Origin: Octopus bimaculoides
Lineage: Eukaryota
Assembly (NCBI RefSeq): GCF_001194135.2
Contig: NC_068983.1
Location: 75,167,956 to 75,220,543 of the forward strand
Length of the DNA: 52,588 nt
Direction: 5' to 3'
Part shown: positions 36,811-50,500 of the stretch, piece by piece
Layout of the letters: the number at the start of each line of letters is the position of its first letter
Numbering within the stretch: the stretch's first letter is position 1
Notes under the pieces: generated by a model
What the model was told of the DNA's origin: nothing
The model's database searches: none
What the model saw: the letters and a program-made list of their open reading frames with translations, nothing else
Made by a program: the position numbers and the translations under genes

Positions 36811-39800
36811 TGGACAGAGATGGATTGACAATATTAACTCCTCTGCATTGCAGGAGTATTTCTCTACTTTCATCATCATCATTTAACGTCCGCTTTCCAC
36901 GCTGGCATGGGTTGGACGATTTGACTGAAGACTGGCAAGCCAGAAGGTTGCACCAGGCTCCAATCTGATTGGCAGAGTTTCTACAGCTGGATGCCCTTCC
37001 TAATGCCAACCACTCCGAGAGTGTAGTGGGTGCTTTTACGTGCCACTGGCACGAGGGTCAGTCACACGGTACTGGCAACGGCCACGCTCAAAATGGTGCT
37101 TTTTACATGCCACTTGCATGGGAGCCAGTCCAGCGGTACTGGTAACGACCTCGCTCGAATGATTTTCTAACGTGCCACCAGCACAAGTGCTGTAAAACTA
37201 AATTCAACCTTGAATAGGGAAAACTAGTGTTCTGTCAGTGTGTGTGTGTGTGTGTGCCTGAGTGTGAGAGACTGCCAGACATAGATGGAAAGACAGAGAG
37301 ACAGACAGACAGGTAACCTGTTTAGGAGGGTTGTCAATAACTCTGGATCAGAACTAATACAAGTTAAAAGGGACTCTTTCATACCCCTACAGACTTTTTC
37401 TCATGCCGGTCTCATGACAAAATGCACCTAGTGGTTAATAATAATAAGGTGTCTACTTGTAAAAATGTTCCAGTCATGATCACACAATCTTTCTCTAAGA
37501 TTATAAGATGAAGAGCTGTGAGAGGAACTGAGGTGTTTCGAGACACATTCAGCCCATGCAAGCACAGGGGAGGGGAGAGGACTCAAAAATAATGACAAGA
37601 GTGAGGGTGGGTGTGCATGTGTGTGTACAGAAATAAATCAAAAGTAAAACAGTGGAAAAGATGATGATGAAGTAACAGTAGTAGTGACTGTCAAAGTGGC
37701 GGTATGAGGATAGTTATGAGGGTAGTGGTTGTGGCAGTGAGGGTTGTGGTGGTAAGGGTGGCAGTTGTGACAGTGAGGGTGGTGGAGCTAGTCGTGATGA
37801 TGTTCATCACAACAGGTTTTATTTATTTATTTTTTTCCCTATAATGGAGATGGTAGAGATGTGGTGATGGGGTATGTGCGTGGTGAGGTAATGATGATAT
37901 AATATAATGGAAAATAATGAAGTTGAGGTGATCAATGGAATGGTGCAACGGTAATGGAGACAAATGTCATGAAGTCTGCAGCAAGGAAGTAAGGAGTGGG
38001 AATGGTTGTAAAAAGTAGAAGTAATGGACGGTAGAGATGACAAGGAGGAAAATGAAAATGATGGTGTTCCTGGCAAAGACATCATCACATCTGCATAAAT
38101 TGACATAAATTACAATTTTTTTTTTTTTTTTTTATTCTGATGAATTCACATTTACATTCCTGACTTATTTGCACTGAGCAACCCAATAGAAAGGTCTTTA
38201 GGTGGTTACTGAAACTGGTTGAAATAGAAGCCAAATTTTCTCTCAAATCACACCTTAAACTTCTTAAAACCACAAGATGGAAAGGTCACAGATGGACTTT
38301 CTTTGATCATAGGTCATCCCAGTGTATACTGGCTTCAAGATAAAGAACAACATTAACAAAAACAACAACTAAGTTCACTAAACTTACTGACAACACCCAT
38401 ACTAACTATTACACACTGCTGGCCATGTCAAGAACAGAGCCTCTAGGTAGTCATTTGACATGCTAGAAATAGCAGACACATCTACCTCAAATCAGACCCT
38501 GTCATTTTAGAAAAGGATAAGCTGGATAATGCAATCCCATGTTCTCAGAACATCAGGAAAAGACAGGATTCTGAATGCCTTTGATCAGAACACTGCTTGA
38601 TCAGGGACAACTTGGGGTTATATAACACAGTTGTTTGTGCTGCACACTCACCCATTAACTACACATGCAACAAAAAATTTACACGCTTGCTTAGTGCACA
38701 TGCATCTAACAGATATACTTGACAATTGCACATAAAGCTTTTAACCACCAACGCTAATGCACATGTGCATACATGTATACATGCATTATGTGTATGTGTG
38801 TGTGTTATTAGTTAATAGCTTTACGTGCAGTTGGCAAGTATGTCTGCTGTTTACAGGTGCATATGCACTCTCCAAGTATGTAAGTTTTCTGGTGCATAAA
38901 TGCAGATATAGCTGTGTAGTAATGGTGTTTGCTTCTTAATTACATAGCTTCAAGTTCTATCCCAATGTATGGCAACTTCAGTATATGACTTCAACTTACA
39001 GCCTGATGAGTGAAATTAGGATAGACAGACACTATATAGTAACCTGTCATGTATATAATAGTATGTATGAATGGACGGATGTACATATGCATGCAGGCAC
39101 GTGTAAAGTAAGGTTAACATCATTGCCTAAATTTGAGAGCATGTAACCCAGTCGGATATACTAGGCTTGAAGGGATTTTAAGGAAATCTGAAATTTCATT
39201 TACTGATCATATGCTTTCCTCAGCAACTTGAGTTTCAATTCAAGGCTATCTTCACAACAAAGCCAAGTACGTTTACATATTCAAAATAGACCATATCATA
39301 ACTAGTACTGAGTAATATATAATGAATTCCCTGTTGAGATTAAAGCAAAAAAAATGCAGGTCTTAAATTAAAGATATTTCAGACAGTATATTGTACAACA
39401 AAAGTGAAATTATAGCAGGTATGTTGATCATTTATATTTACAGATCTGAAATATTTGATTGAGCAGAGTTGATAAAGGCTTCCAACGGACAACCACAGTA
39501 TTGTGTATTTGTAACAATAGAATTAAACATGCTATACAAGTTTGTATGGATACAATTATGTTAACTACACCTGATGGCTTAGGTGAACTATACTGTTTAA
39601 TAAATAGATAAGGAGAACATTCTATATCTAATAGGAGTAGAAAATTAGGTTGAATAAATTATGTCTATGTCAAGCAGATAATATGCAACATAAACTGAGC
39701 ACATTCAAAAGAGATAACCTATTTGAAGTAATATGATGCATATATACACATATATATATATATATATACATGCACATGTGTGTGTATGAGTATGCATGTA

Positions 39801-40193
39801 CATAAATGTATGTATGTGTGTATAGAAATTATGGGACAACAAGAATCTAAATAACATATCAGATTATAGCCTCTAACCTCATAAATTTCATAAAATTTTC
39901 ATATGAGATGTGATGATAAAGAGAGGAAGACAAAAGATAGAAAAAAAGTGAAGAAGAAGGAACAAGACCAAGAAAGAATTTTGGTCTCTTGCCAAGAGAC
40001 CAAATTCATGAACACCACCAGAGAATGCTCTTCTTTCAAGCTTTCTTTCATTTTCTGAAAAAATATGGCTCTAGTCCATTCTCTTGTTACACATCAATTG
40101 GACAATTGGACTGTTATTTAAACAACAGGGGGAAGTTCCGCATATATACTCCCACCCACACACCATTCCACATCCATGTAGTGTCTTTTTTAC

Positions 40194-40308
40194 CTTCTTC
40201 AGCAACTCATTAGCAATTCGCTGCTGTTCAAGTTCTTCTTTTGTCTGCTCCAGTTCAAGACGACAGGAATCACCATCAGTTGTTTGGGTAGCTTCCCATT
40301 TCTGTTTC
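40194..40308 (-). CDS. Coiled-coil exon; KQKWEATQTTDGDSCRLELEQTKEELEQQRIANELLKK
   Basis: Acceptor tttgttcccctag| and donor aag|gtaaaa. 115 nt, phase 2 in and phase 0 out, rich in E/Q/K/L. Confidence 0.9.
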
Positions 40309-41097
40309 CTAGGGGAACAAATTTAAAAAAAAAAACAGAATGGAGATTATGCAAATGTTGTTATAATAGATAACAATCATATATACTGATTTAAAATTTT
40401 AGCAGAAGGCTAGCAATTTCAAGATAGGGGATAAATTGATTACATCAACCCTCAGGACTTAACTGGTACTTATTTTATTGGTTCTAAAAGGATGAAAAGT
40501 AAAGTCGACCTCGGCAGAATTTGAACTCAGAGCATGAAGGACAAAATGCCACTAAGCATTTTGCCTGGTGTGCTAATGATTCTGCCAGCTCCTTGTCTTA
40601 TAATCCTTTTATTCTTTTACTTGTTTCAGTCATTTTGATTGCAGCCATGCTGGAGCACTAACAAATAAATATATACATAATATTTTTATTTTGGTCAAGT
40701 CAGTCTCTTGCCAGTCTGAGTTTTGCCTGCAGATGCAAAGGGTCTTCTGACTAGTTATGACCGAGTGCACCAACACTTTTGTTGTTTCCGTTTGGAGATA
40801 AAAAAAATTAGTGTATAAATTTTCTTTTCATGTGTTTGTTTCCTTTTACACAACATTAAAACAGATAAAAAATTTTCTGAAGCAGCACCCCAACTAATTT
40901 TATGTACAAGCCGCCACTGGTTATAATGTTTTATTTAACACCATTTCAACAACACACCCAAAACAGGTAACTCCAAGATTGTTTTTTGTGTGTATATATA
41001 TGACACTAGACATTACAAACATCAATTTGAAACAGAAAACAGAAACGAGACTACTGACTACGTGCACTTCTTACAAGCAACATAGCATATTGTGTAG

Positions 41098-41099
<2 letters not shown>

Positions 41100-41166
<67 letters not shown>

Positions 41167-41283
41167 TGCATGCTTGGTGTATGTATGTGCATATATACAC
41201 ACACACATCATACATGCATGCTAATATATATGAATATATATATAATATATACATATAATATATATATATATATATATACATAT

Positions 41284-41324
<41 letters not shown>

Positions 41325-42152
41325 AATATATATGTATATATATAACATATATATATACATATAAAATACATATAATATATATATATATATACATATAATA
41401 TATATATATATATACATATAATATATATATATATATACATATAATATATATATATATATANNNNNNNNNNNNNNNNNNNNNNNNNNNNNNNNNNNNNNNN
41501 NNNNNNNNNNNNNNNNNNNNNNNNNNNNNNNNNNNNNNNNNNNNNNNNNNNNNNNNNNNNNNNNNNNNNNNNNNNNNNNNNNNNNNNNNNNNNNNNNNNN
41601 NNNNNNNNNNNNNNNNNNNNNNNNNNNNNNNNNNNNNNNNNNNNNNNNNNNNNNNNNNNNNNNNNNNNNNNNNNNNNNNNNNNNNNNNNNNNNNNNNNNN
41701 NNNNNNNNNNNNNNNNNNNNNNNNNNNNNNNNNNNNNNNNNNNNNNNNNNNNNNNNNNNNNNNNNNNNNNNNNNNNNNNNNNNNNNNNNNNNNNNNNNNN
41801 NNNNNNNNNNNNNNNNNNNNNNNNNNNNNNNNNNNNNNNNNNNNNNNNNNNNNNNNNNNNNNNNNNNNNNNNNNNNNNNNNNNNNNNNNNNNNNNNNNNN
41901 NNNNNNNNNNNNNNNNNNNNNNNNNNNNNNNNNNNNNNNNNNNNNNNNNNNNNNNNNNNNNNNNNNNNNNNNNNNNNNNNNNNNNNNNNNNNNNNNNNNN
42001 NNNNNNNNNNNNNNNNNNNNNNNNNNNNNNNNNNNNNNNNNNNNNNNNNNNNNNNNNNNNNNNNNNNNNNNNNNNNNNNNNNNNNNNNNNNNNTATACAT
42101 ATAAAAAATATATATATACACATATAAAATATATATATATATACATATATTG
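41100..42152. repeat. Compound (CA)n/(TA)n microsatellite with periodic cat(a)taa interruptions, spanning gap 41461-42093
   Basis: Directly visible. Many other (TG)n, (TA)n, (AG)n, (ATC)n and (AAT)n tracts occur across the window. Confidence 0.95.
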
Positions 42153-42501
42153 GCAGAAAAGCTGAGGTTTTAATTGCATCAAACTAACACAAGACATATT
42201 TGCAGGTTTACAGTGTGAAGCATACAATTACACTTGGCAGATTTTTGCCAGGGTTGCTGACATTTCACACAGATGCATATAGATCAATTAGTTGTGACCT
42301 TTCAAGATTTAACCTTTAGTAGAATTCAGTATTAATCCACTGTGAAGATTAGTGGAATAAAGTATTTCTCTGAAACACTAGCTCTGTCGATGGAGCAATG
42401 TAGTGTTCTATTCATGCAACATAGACATTGCTATGATTGATTATGAAGGTATAACTACATTGCATTGTAAAAATCATCATTTGTATTGTTTTGATCTATC
42501 T

Positions 42502-42760
42502 TCTATATATATAAAGATGAGAATGTTTGTCTGTCTAAAAGTCGAGAACTACACAACCGATTTCATTCAGATTTTACACATGCCTTACTTAGGGTCCATG
42601 TAGTACCATGGGCGAAAAAAAATTTCAACTTCTTGTCTAATGTGAGCCCAGAGCAATCTCTTTATTACTGTATTACGTGTCACAAGTGAAACAATAACAT
42701 CTCTTTATTGTAATGTCAGATACTTTCACTTTACTAGTTTCACTATTAAAAGTAAAACTA
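42502..42760 (+). mobile_element. Possible non-autonomous Helitron 5' fragment
   Basis: Begins tctatatatataaag, followed by tgtttgtctgtct and ...ccgatttcattcagattttacac. This is typical of Helitron-like MITE starts; no CTRR end identified. Confidence 0.4.
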
Positions 42761-42789
42761 TTATCTCACATATATACAGGCATACATAC

Positions 42790-42861
<72 letters not shown>

Positions 42862-44548
42862 CTATGTACAGATGTATGTGTGTAGATGTATATGCCATCA
42901 TCATTATCGTTTAATGTCTGCTTTCCATGTTGGCATGAGTTGGACGGTTTGACTGAGGACTAGTGAGCCACAGGCTGCACCAGGCTTCAATCTAACCTGG
43001 CAAAGTTTCTACAGCTCGATGCCCTTCATTGAAAGTTACTTGGTGACCTTGCCAATGATGGAGCCACATAAAAAGTATCCAGTCTACACTGTAAAGTGGT
43101 TGGCATTTAGAAGGGCATCCAGCTGTAAAAACCATGCAAAACAGGACTTATCAGAGCTGGTGCCACTTAAAAAACACCCAGTTTACTCTGAAAAGTGGTT
43201 GGCCTTAGGAAGGACAGTGGTGCTTGATGCAGTCCCCTTGCTTACAAGCTCCTGTCAAACAATCCAGCCCATGCCAGAATGGAAGACAGACATTAAATGA
43301 TGACATATTGTGTATAGGCACAGATATGGTTGTGTAGATAAGATGTGCACTTCACAACCACATGGTTTTGAGTTCAATCCCACTCATGGCAACTTTAACT
43401 TCTACTATAGCTTCAGACTAACTGATACCTATTGAGGGAAATTTGGTGGTTGGAAACTGTAAAAAAAAAAAAACACACACACACACACACACAGAAAGAG
43501 AGAGAGAGAATGTGTGTGTGTGCGTGTGTGTCTGTGTCTCTCACTCACTCACTCTCTCTCTCTCCAATTAACACAACTGTAGCAGCCATGGCAATATTTA
43601 TGTCCGCATAAACAAGAGGGAGACAGTGTGTGGAATATCTCTCTCTCTCTCTCTCTAATTAACACAACTTTAGCGGCCAAAGCAACGCTTATGTCCTGCA
43701 TAAACAAAAAAGTTCAAGAGTTTGATGTTTCAACAAGTAAAGAATGAAGTAGTTTACTTGAAACAGGTAAGGATTGCACCAGAAAAGTCATATTGCAGTA
43801 GAATACCACTGTAAGAAGTCCTGCCCAACTCATGTTAACATGAAATAAATGAATATAGAAAACTAATGAAATGTATCTATTTTATGGTTTGCTTAGAGAA
43901 GGAAGGCTAACATCCAGGACCTATCTACAGGTCTGCAAGACAGACAGGAAGAAAAGGAGAGAGAGAAAAAGGCAGACCAGATTTGAATGCTTGCAACAGA
44001 ATTGACTACTGAAGGTACCCAGGGACCAGCTGGTCTTTGTCATGTGCACCTTCTGTTTATAAGCTTTGAGATATCTATGTCCAGCATTCAATTGACATGT
44101 GCTTGCTCTATTCAAACAGTTGGCAGTAATTCTTACTATGCTGTTTATTCTATATCAATATTTATATATGGATATATACTTACAGAAACACATATATATA
44201 AACAGAGAAATGAACATTTTTATTTAAAATAATAAAAACATGCTGAAAAAACTGTCTACATATACACAGAAGCATCAGTAATATAGGTACGACTAACTGA
44301 CAAGGCTGTAGGTTTGCAATAGTGAAACAGTTACTAGACAGAGAAAAGCAGAGCTGTACTTCTGACCCTTACATGTTTTCTAAGATTTATAAAGCTAATA
44401 TAGTTCATGTACATTTTGAAATAGCTGCAATTCAGTAACTGTAGGAAAGAGCAAAATGGGAATTCCAAAACGATGATCATTCTAATGAAAGATTGGGCAA
44501 AATCATATGATAATCCATTCCAAAAGTCATGGATGCTGTCTTACTCAC

Positions 44549-44624
44549 TGTGATAATAGGTTTTCATTCTCAAGTTTTAATCTCTCAAGTTCTGTATTAA
44601 CATCTCCAAGTTGGTTCGTTAAAT
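44549..44624 (-). CDS. Coiled-coil exon; (D)LTNQLGDVNTELERLKLENENLLS(Q)
   Basis: Acceptor ttttttccctgatag| and donor |gtgagtaa. 76 nt, phase 1 in and phase 2 out, matching both neighbours. Confidence 0.9.
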
Positions 44625-44784
44625 CTATCAGGGAAAAAAAACAAAAAAGGTGAAATTAAATGGATTAAATGATTAGCTGTTTAACATTCTGGCTTCATTG
44701 TCAAATGTATTGCTTATTGATTCACACTGTTTTGAATTAATCAAAATTATCTTTGTAGCTTCAAGACTTCAAAGGAATTCACTC

Positions 44785-45981
44785 TTACTCATTTCGGTCA
44801 TTTGACTGTGGCCATGCTGGTGCACCACCTTTAGTCGAACAAATCAACCCCAGGACTTATTCTTTGTAAGCCTAGTACTTATACTATCGATCCCTTTTGC
44901 TTAACTGCTAGGTTACGGGGATGTAAACACACGAACATCAGTTGTCAAGCAAGGGTGGGAGGAGAAACAGACACACAAACATATAAATATATATATCATC
45001 ATCATCATCATCATCGTTTAACGTCCGCTTTCCATGCTAGCATGGGTTGGACGATTTGACTGAGGACTGGTGAAACCGGATGGCAACACCAGGCTCCAAT
45101 CTAATTTGGCAGAGTTTCTACAGCTGGATGCCCTTCCTAACGCCAACCACTCAGAGTGTGTAGTGGGTNNNNNNNNNNNNNNNNNNNNNNNNNNNNNNNN
45201 NNNNNNNNNNNNNNNNNNNNNNNNNNNNNNNNNNNNNNNNNNNNNNNNNNNNNNNNNNNNNNNNNNNNNNNNNNNNNNNNNNNNNNNNNNNNNNNNNNNN
45301 NNNNNNNNNNNNNNNNNNNNNNNNNNNNNNNNNNNNNNNNNNNNNNNNNNNNNNNNNNNNNNNNNNNNNNNNNNNNNNNNNNNNNNNNNNNNNNNNNNNN
45401 NNNNNNNNNNNNNNNNNNNNNNNNNNNNNNNNNNNNNNNNNNNNNNNNNNNNNNNNNNNNNNNNNNNNNNNNNNNNNNNNNNNNNNNNNNNNNNNNNNNN
45501 NNNNNNNNNNNNNNNNNNNNNNNNNNNNNNNNNNNNNNNNNNNNNNNNNNNNNNNNNNNNNNNNNNNNNNNNNNNNNNNNNNNNNNNNNNNNNNNNNNNN
45601 NNNNNNNNNNNNNNNNNNNNNNNNNNNNNNNNNNNNNNNNNNNNNNNNNNNNNNNNNNNNNNNNNNNNNNNNNNNNNNNNNNNNNNNNNNNNNNNNNNNN
45701 NNNNNNNNNNNNNNNNNNNNNNNNNNNNNNNNNNNNNNNNNNNNNNNNNNNNNNNNNNNNNNNNNNNNNNNNNNNNNNNNNNNNNNNNNNNNNNNNNNNN
45801 NNNNNNNNNNNNNNNNNNNNNNNNNNNNNNNNNNNNNNNNNNNNNNNNNNNNNNNNNNNNNNNNNNNNNNNNNNNNNNNNNNNNNNNNNNNNNNNNNNNN
45901 NNNNNNNNNNNNNNNNNNNNNNNNNNNNNNNNNNNNNNNNNNNNNNNNNNNNNNNNNNNNNNNNNNNNNNNNNNNNNNNNN

Positions 45982-46021
<40 letters not shown>

Positions 46022-46180
46022 ACAGGCTTCCTTCAGTTTCTGTCTACCAAATCCACTCACAAGGCTTTGGTCAGCCCAAACCTATAGCAGAAGATACTTG
46101 CCCAAGGTGTCACGAAGTGGGACTGAACCCGGAACCATATGGTTGGTAAGCAGGCTACTTACCACACAGCCACTCCTGCT
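44785..46180 (-). mobile_element. Composite SINE A+G with family B copy (44996-45168, then gap) nested in its internal (TA)n
   Basis: G part 44785-44980, (TA)n, B, gap 45169-45981, (TA)n, A part 46022-46180. Confidence 0.75.
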
Positions 46181-46288
46181 GTATATTTTTAGAATGACAA
46201 TGACTAATAAACAAAACTGGCTCCAGCATGGAGATTAACCAAAGCTTTATGAGTGAATTTTGCGAATGAAAACTGAAAGAAGCCCATC

Positions 46289-46349
<61 letters not shown>

Positions 46350-47444
46350 CACATGTGTGTGAATGTATTTGTATGTATTCCTGTCAAGACATATGTGATG
46401 GTTGTAGATGAGCATCACCATTATATAAGCAAAGTTTTTCATTTCCAGTCTGCTATGAAGAACATTCCTTGCCATAGGAAAATATTACCTTGCTTGGAAG
46501 ATAAGAGCATGTAAAAACTATATTAGATATTCTTTTTGCCCCAACAACGAATATGAGGTCTAGATCTTTTCATTCTCACACTGGTGACCACAATATCAAA
46601 TATCATTTACATTAAAGAAACTTCAGTTAATTTATAACATCAAGAATGTATTCAGCTGTAAAAACAAGATGCAACAATTTTTAGCACTTTTTTTTTCCCC
46701 CTAGGAGAAGCAGTTTTAACTGTTCGAAATTATTGTAATTTAAGTATATCATTAGTATACATCTAATAAGCTGATCTGCCAACTTCTTTTATTCCAGATT
46801 GAAGGAAATGGCTGTAACAGCACTTCTCACAGCTGACTAGTTTGCAGAATGCAGTCAGGACATTTGGAAGCTCATCATCATCGTTTAACGTCCGCCTTCC
46901 ATGCTAGCATGGGTTGGACGATTTGACTGAGGACTGGTGAACCAGATGGCTACACCAGGCTCCAATCTGATTTGGCAGAGTTTCTACAGCTGGATGCCCT
47001 TCCTAACGCCAACCACTCCGAGAGTGTAGTGGGTGCTTTTACGTGCCACCAGCACGAAGGCCAGTCAGGTGGGTACTGGCAACGGCCATGATCAAAGCGG
47101 TGTACTTTATGTGCCGCGGCACTGGCAACGATCTTGCTCGAATGACTTTTCACGTGCCAGGAAGGCGACACTGGTAACGATCACACTCAAACGCTCAAAT
47201 TGTACTTACTGTCTTAGAGTGGGAAAGGGCGTATTAGATGTGGTCTTGAAAATAGTATAATTATAAAAAGATCGAATGGTCATGGCTGGAATGCTTTAGA
47301 TTCACTAGGCTGTTCAATCAGGGCTGAATTGGGTTAAATAACATGAACAACAACTAACAAGAAGTGCAAAAAGAAGAAAAGTTCTACAACATTAACAGAA
47401 GAATGAATGAGACAGAATATTTTTATAGAAGAAATGTTATTTAC

Positions 47445-47545
47445 CATTTATATTCTCAGAAGATTCTTCCTTGTCCACAAGACGAAGATAAGCTTCCTTC
47501 AGTTGTTTGTATTCTACTAGTAACTCTTTATGAGAAGCATTTAAC
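47445..47545 (-). CDS. Most 5' exon found of a tail-anchored coiled-coil protein gene (SLMAP-like candidate); (R)LNASHKELLVEYKQLKEAYLRLVDKEESSENIN
   Basis: Acceptor gaatatttgcag|g and donor g|gtaaat. 101 nt, open, heptad-like peptide. Ends in phase 1, so G plus the next exon's AT gives Asp. Confidence 0.85.
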
Positions 47546-50500
47546 CTGCAAATATTCAATGTCAGTGAATGTTTAGAGCAGTTACAGTGCATCGATTATC
47601 AAAACACAACATATTTTCTGGCACACAAATCGATGTATATAGTGTAAGCATATAATGGGAACATTCAAAGCTCATTGGTCTTTCCAAGTCCTGCTGTATT
47701 TCACATGGAAATTTTGATCCACCAAAGTTGTCTTGATTGACCTACCATTTTTTACTTTAAATTTTTATTTGAAAAATTAGACATGTATACCTGGAAATAT
47801 GGTACACACATGCTTGAGAAGGACATGATGGCTTTCTTTCAATGAGCAGCTGATAAATTTGAATGGTAAACTTGATAACTTGTTTGATATGATTGCACAT
47901 CATGCAATTAGACAAACAAGAAAGGTCACAACCAAGAATAATTTGGAAAAATCTTGCGATCTGCGATTTTTGGTGAACCAAATAGATGCAAGGAAAATGT
48001 GTTTGGACAGAATGGATAAAAACTGATTTCATAAAACACAAAAGTACAAAAAAAAAGTTAGCAACAGTGTAAAGTAAATGGAAAACAGGTAGACGTTTTG
48101 AATTCCTTTATCTTCTCCATCCAACTTATCTAAATTACTAACACAACATTTAGATGTCTATGAGGAATTTTAAGNNNNNNNNNNNNNNNNNNNNNNNNNN
48201 NNNNNNNNNNNNNNNNNNNNNNNNNNNNNNNNNNNNNNNNNNNNNNNNNNNNNNNNNNNNNNNNNNNNNNNNNNNNNNNNNNNNNNNNNNNNNNNNNNNN
48301 NNNNNNNNNNNNNNNNNNNNNNNNNNNNNNNNNNNNNNNNNNNNNNNNNNATATTAATGATACCTTTTGATAGTTCACCATTTTCAGTCATACATTGGGA
48401 CCCAAATCTCATACAAGATTCAGAGTGAAAACCAAAACCAACAGAAAGACTGACTGTGATTGTCTCATGGTTGCCCAATGCAAAATAAAGTATATTTGGG
48501 GGCAGATTTATGGTTGAAAATGCAAGTGATACTATACAGGCAAGAGAAATACATGAATCAATCCAGGAATGCCACACAGAAAAAAAACATTATGAGTTTA
48601 GTTTACAACACAAGTTCATGACAACACTATAATATCTGTTAGCATCTCGAGGAATGACCTAAAAGAAAACTCCCTTGGTTCACTAGTAGGCACCAACTTA
48701 TGAAAGGATTTGAAACAGTGGGTGTATCAAAGTATTTCATAGAATACCTCCTGAAAATCAAGCATTTGATATTTGTTCAATTAAGTGAGAAAACAAATGA
48801 AATGGAATCATGCCCAGTATTGCATATAAAGACTAGTATGTGTTGAAGTAGCAATTGCATATTTTGTGGCATTAAGATTGTTCCCACTTATTAAAACCAG
48901 AATATATTATTTTGATTTTATAGGCCATAGCATAAAAATTTGATTTAGGTCATATTCCTTGATGGTGGTAAAATCTAGTTCATATTTATGAAAAATTTCA
49001 TGGTTATGTTTTTTAAAAAGAACTTTTATAAGCAATTTACAATACATGAAAAGCATTTTCCTTCTGCACAAAATGCAACAGAATAAAAAACAATAAAAGT
49101 TATAGATCAAAAAGGTTTTTAAAAAACTTATAGAACAGGAAGATCAAAACTTCAACCCTCTCTCTATCAGGAACCTAAATATTGATCAGATAACTTGATA
49201 TTTGACTTATGTAGGTTTCAGGTGATTTATAAGCAGCTGGAAAATAAAATTTCAAAACTTATTGTTAAATGGCACACCCAATTGATTACATATCAAGTTT
49301 GAATTCCACTTTCATTACTCCTTTTTTTCTTTTTTTCAGAGGTCAATATAATTAAGTCCTGGGATCTATGCAATCACCTATAGACTAGAAGGTGAAGTTC
49401 CAGTATGACCATAGTTCAATGAATGACCAATAAAGAATTAAAAATAATATAAAGTACAGAATTGAAATTTTATATAGAGATCAATATATCATGTTTGTCT
49501 GCAACATTATTATCATCATTGTTTTAATGCCTACTTTTCTCTGATTGTATGGGTCAGAAGGTGCTTATTGGAGCAAATTTTCTACAGCCAGATGCTCTTC
49601 GGCTCTTCCTGTCACCAAGCAAGGTAATATTTCCTTATCTTTTCACAGAATATTGGAAATAAATAAATAACACTGCTTGCATGACAGTGACAATCATTGT
49701 ACAAAGGCAGCGAGCTGGCAGATTTGTTGGCATGCCGGGTGAAATGCTCAGCTGTATTTCATCTGTCGCCACGTTCTGAGTTCAATTTCCAGTGAGGTCG
49801 ACTTTGCCTTTCATCCTTTCGGGGTCGATACATTAAGGACCAGTTGTGTACTAGGGCCGATATAATCAGCTGCACCTGACTCCAGTCTGATTTCGCATGA
49901 TTTCTACAGTTGGATGCCCTTCCTATCACCAACCACTCCAAGTGTGTAATGGGTGCTTTTATGTGCTACTGCCATGAGTACCATTTGCATGACAACAGTA
50001 TCTGCTACAACTGCAATTTTGCATGGCTTGATGAGTCTTCTTCTCAAGAATGATATAATGCCAAAGGTTTCACTCAGTGCTTCTGTGAGGCCCAACACTC
50101 GAAAGGAGCTCAGCCACATTTGTTGCTTTAAAGAATCCATCTTATTAAGTTGGCACTCAAAATACCAAGCTATTAATAAAAAAGTTATTTTAGTGAATCA
50201 ATTAAATCTATTGGCTATTTTAAAAGTAGTTTAAAGTATATGGGCATTGTATTGGGTGAAAAATATAGCTGAGAAACAAGTGAATGAATTTGGTAGATAG
50301 AAACTGTATGGAAGTCCGTATTTGTGTGTCTTTGTGCCTGTTTGCCAGCCCACCTGGTGTTGGGTTATGTCCCCACAGTGGTTTGACAAAGAGAGACTGA
50401 TAGGAACAAGTACAAGATTTAATAAAAACGTAAGTACTGGAGTTGATTTGTTAAACTGAAACTCTTCAAGGTGGTGGTCCAGCATGACTGCATTTCAATG

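Noticed and set aside
37690-38080. G-rich stretch reading as Gly/Ser/Cys- or Val-rich peptide
   Set aside because: Degenerate (GGT/GAT)n low-complexity sequence without splice signals.
47790-48030. Candidate phase-2 upstream exon (LLIERKPSCPSQACVYHIS, donor ag|gtatac) and a ~60-codon + strand open frame
   Set aside because: Weak donor and a non-coil peptide. The + frame gave no motif I could assign with confidence. The true upstream exon probably lies in a gap or beyond the window.
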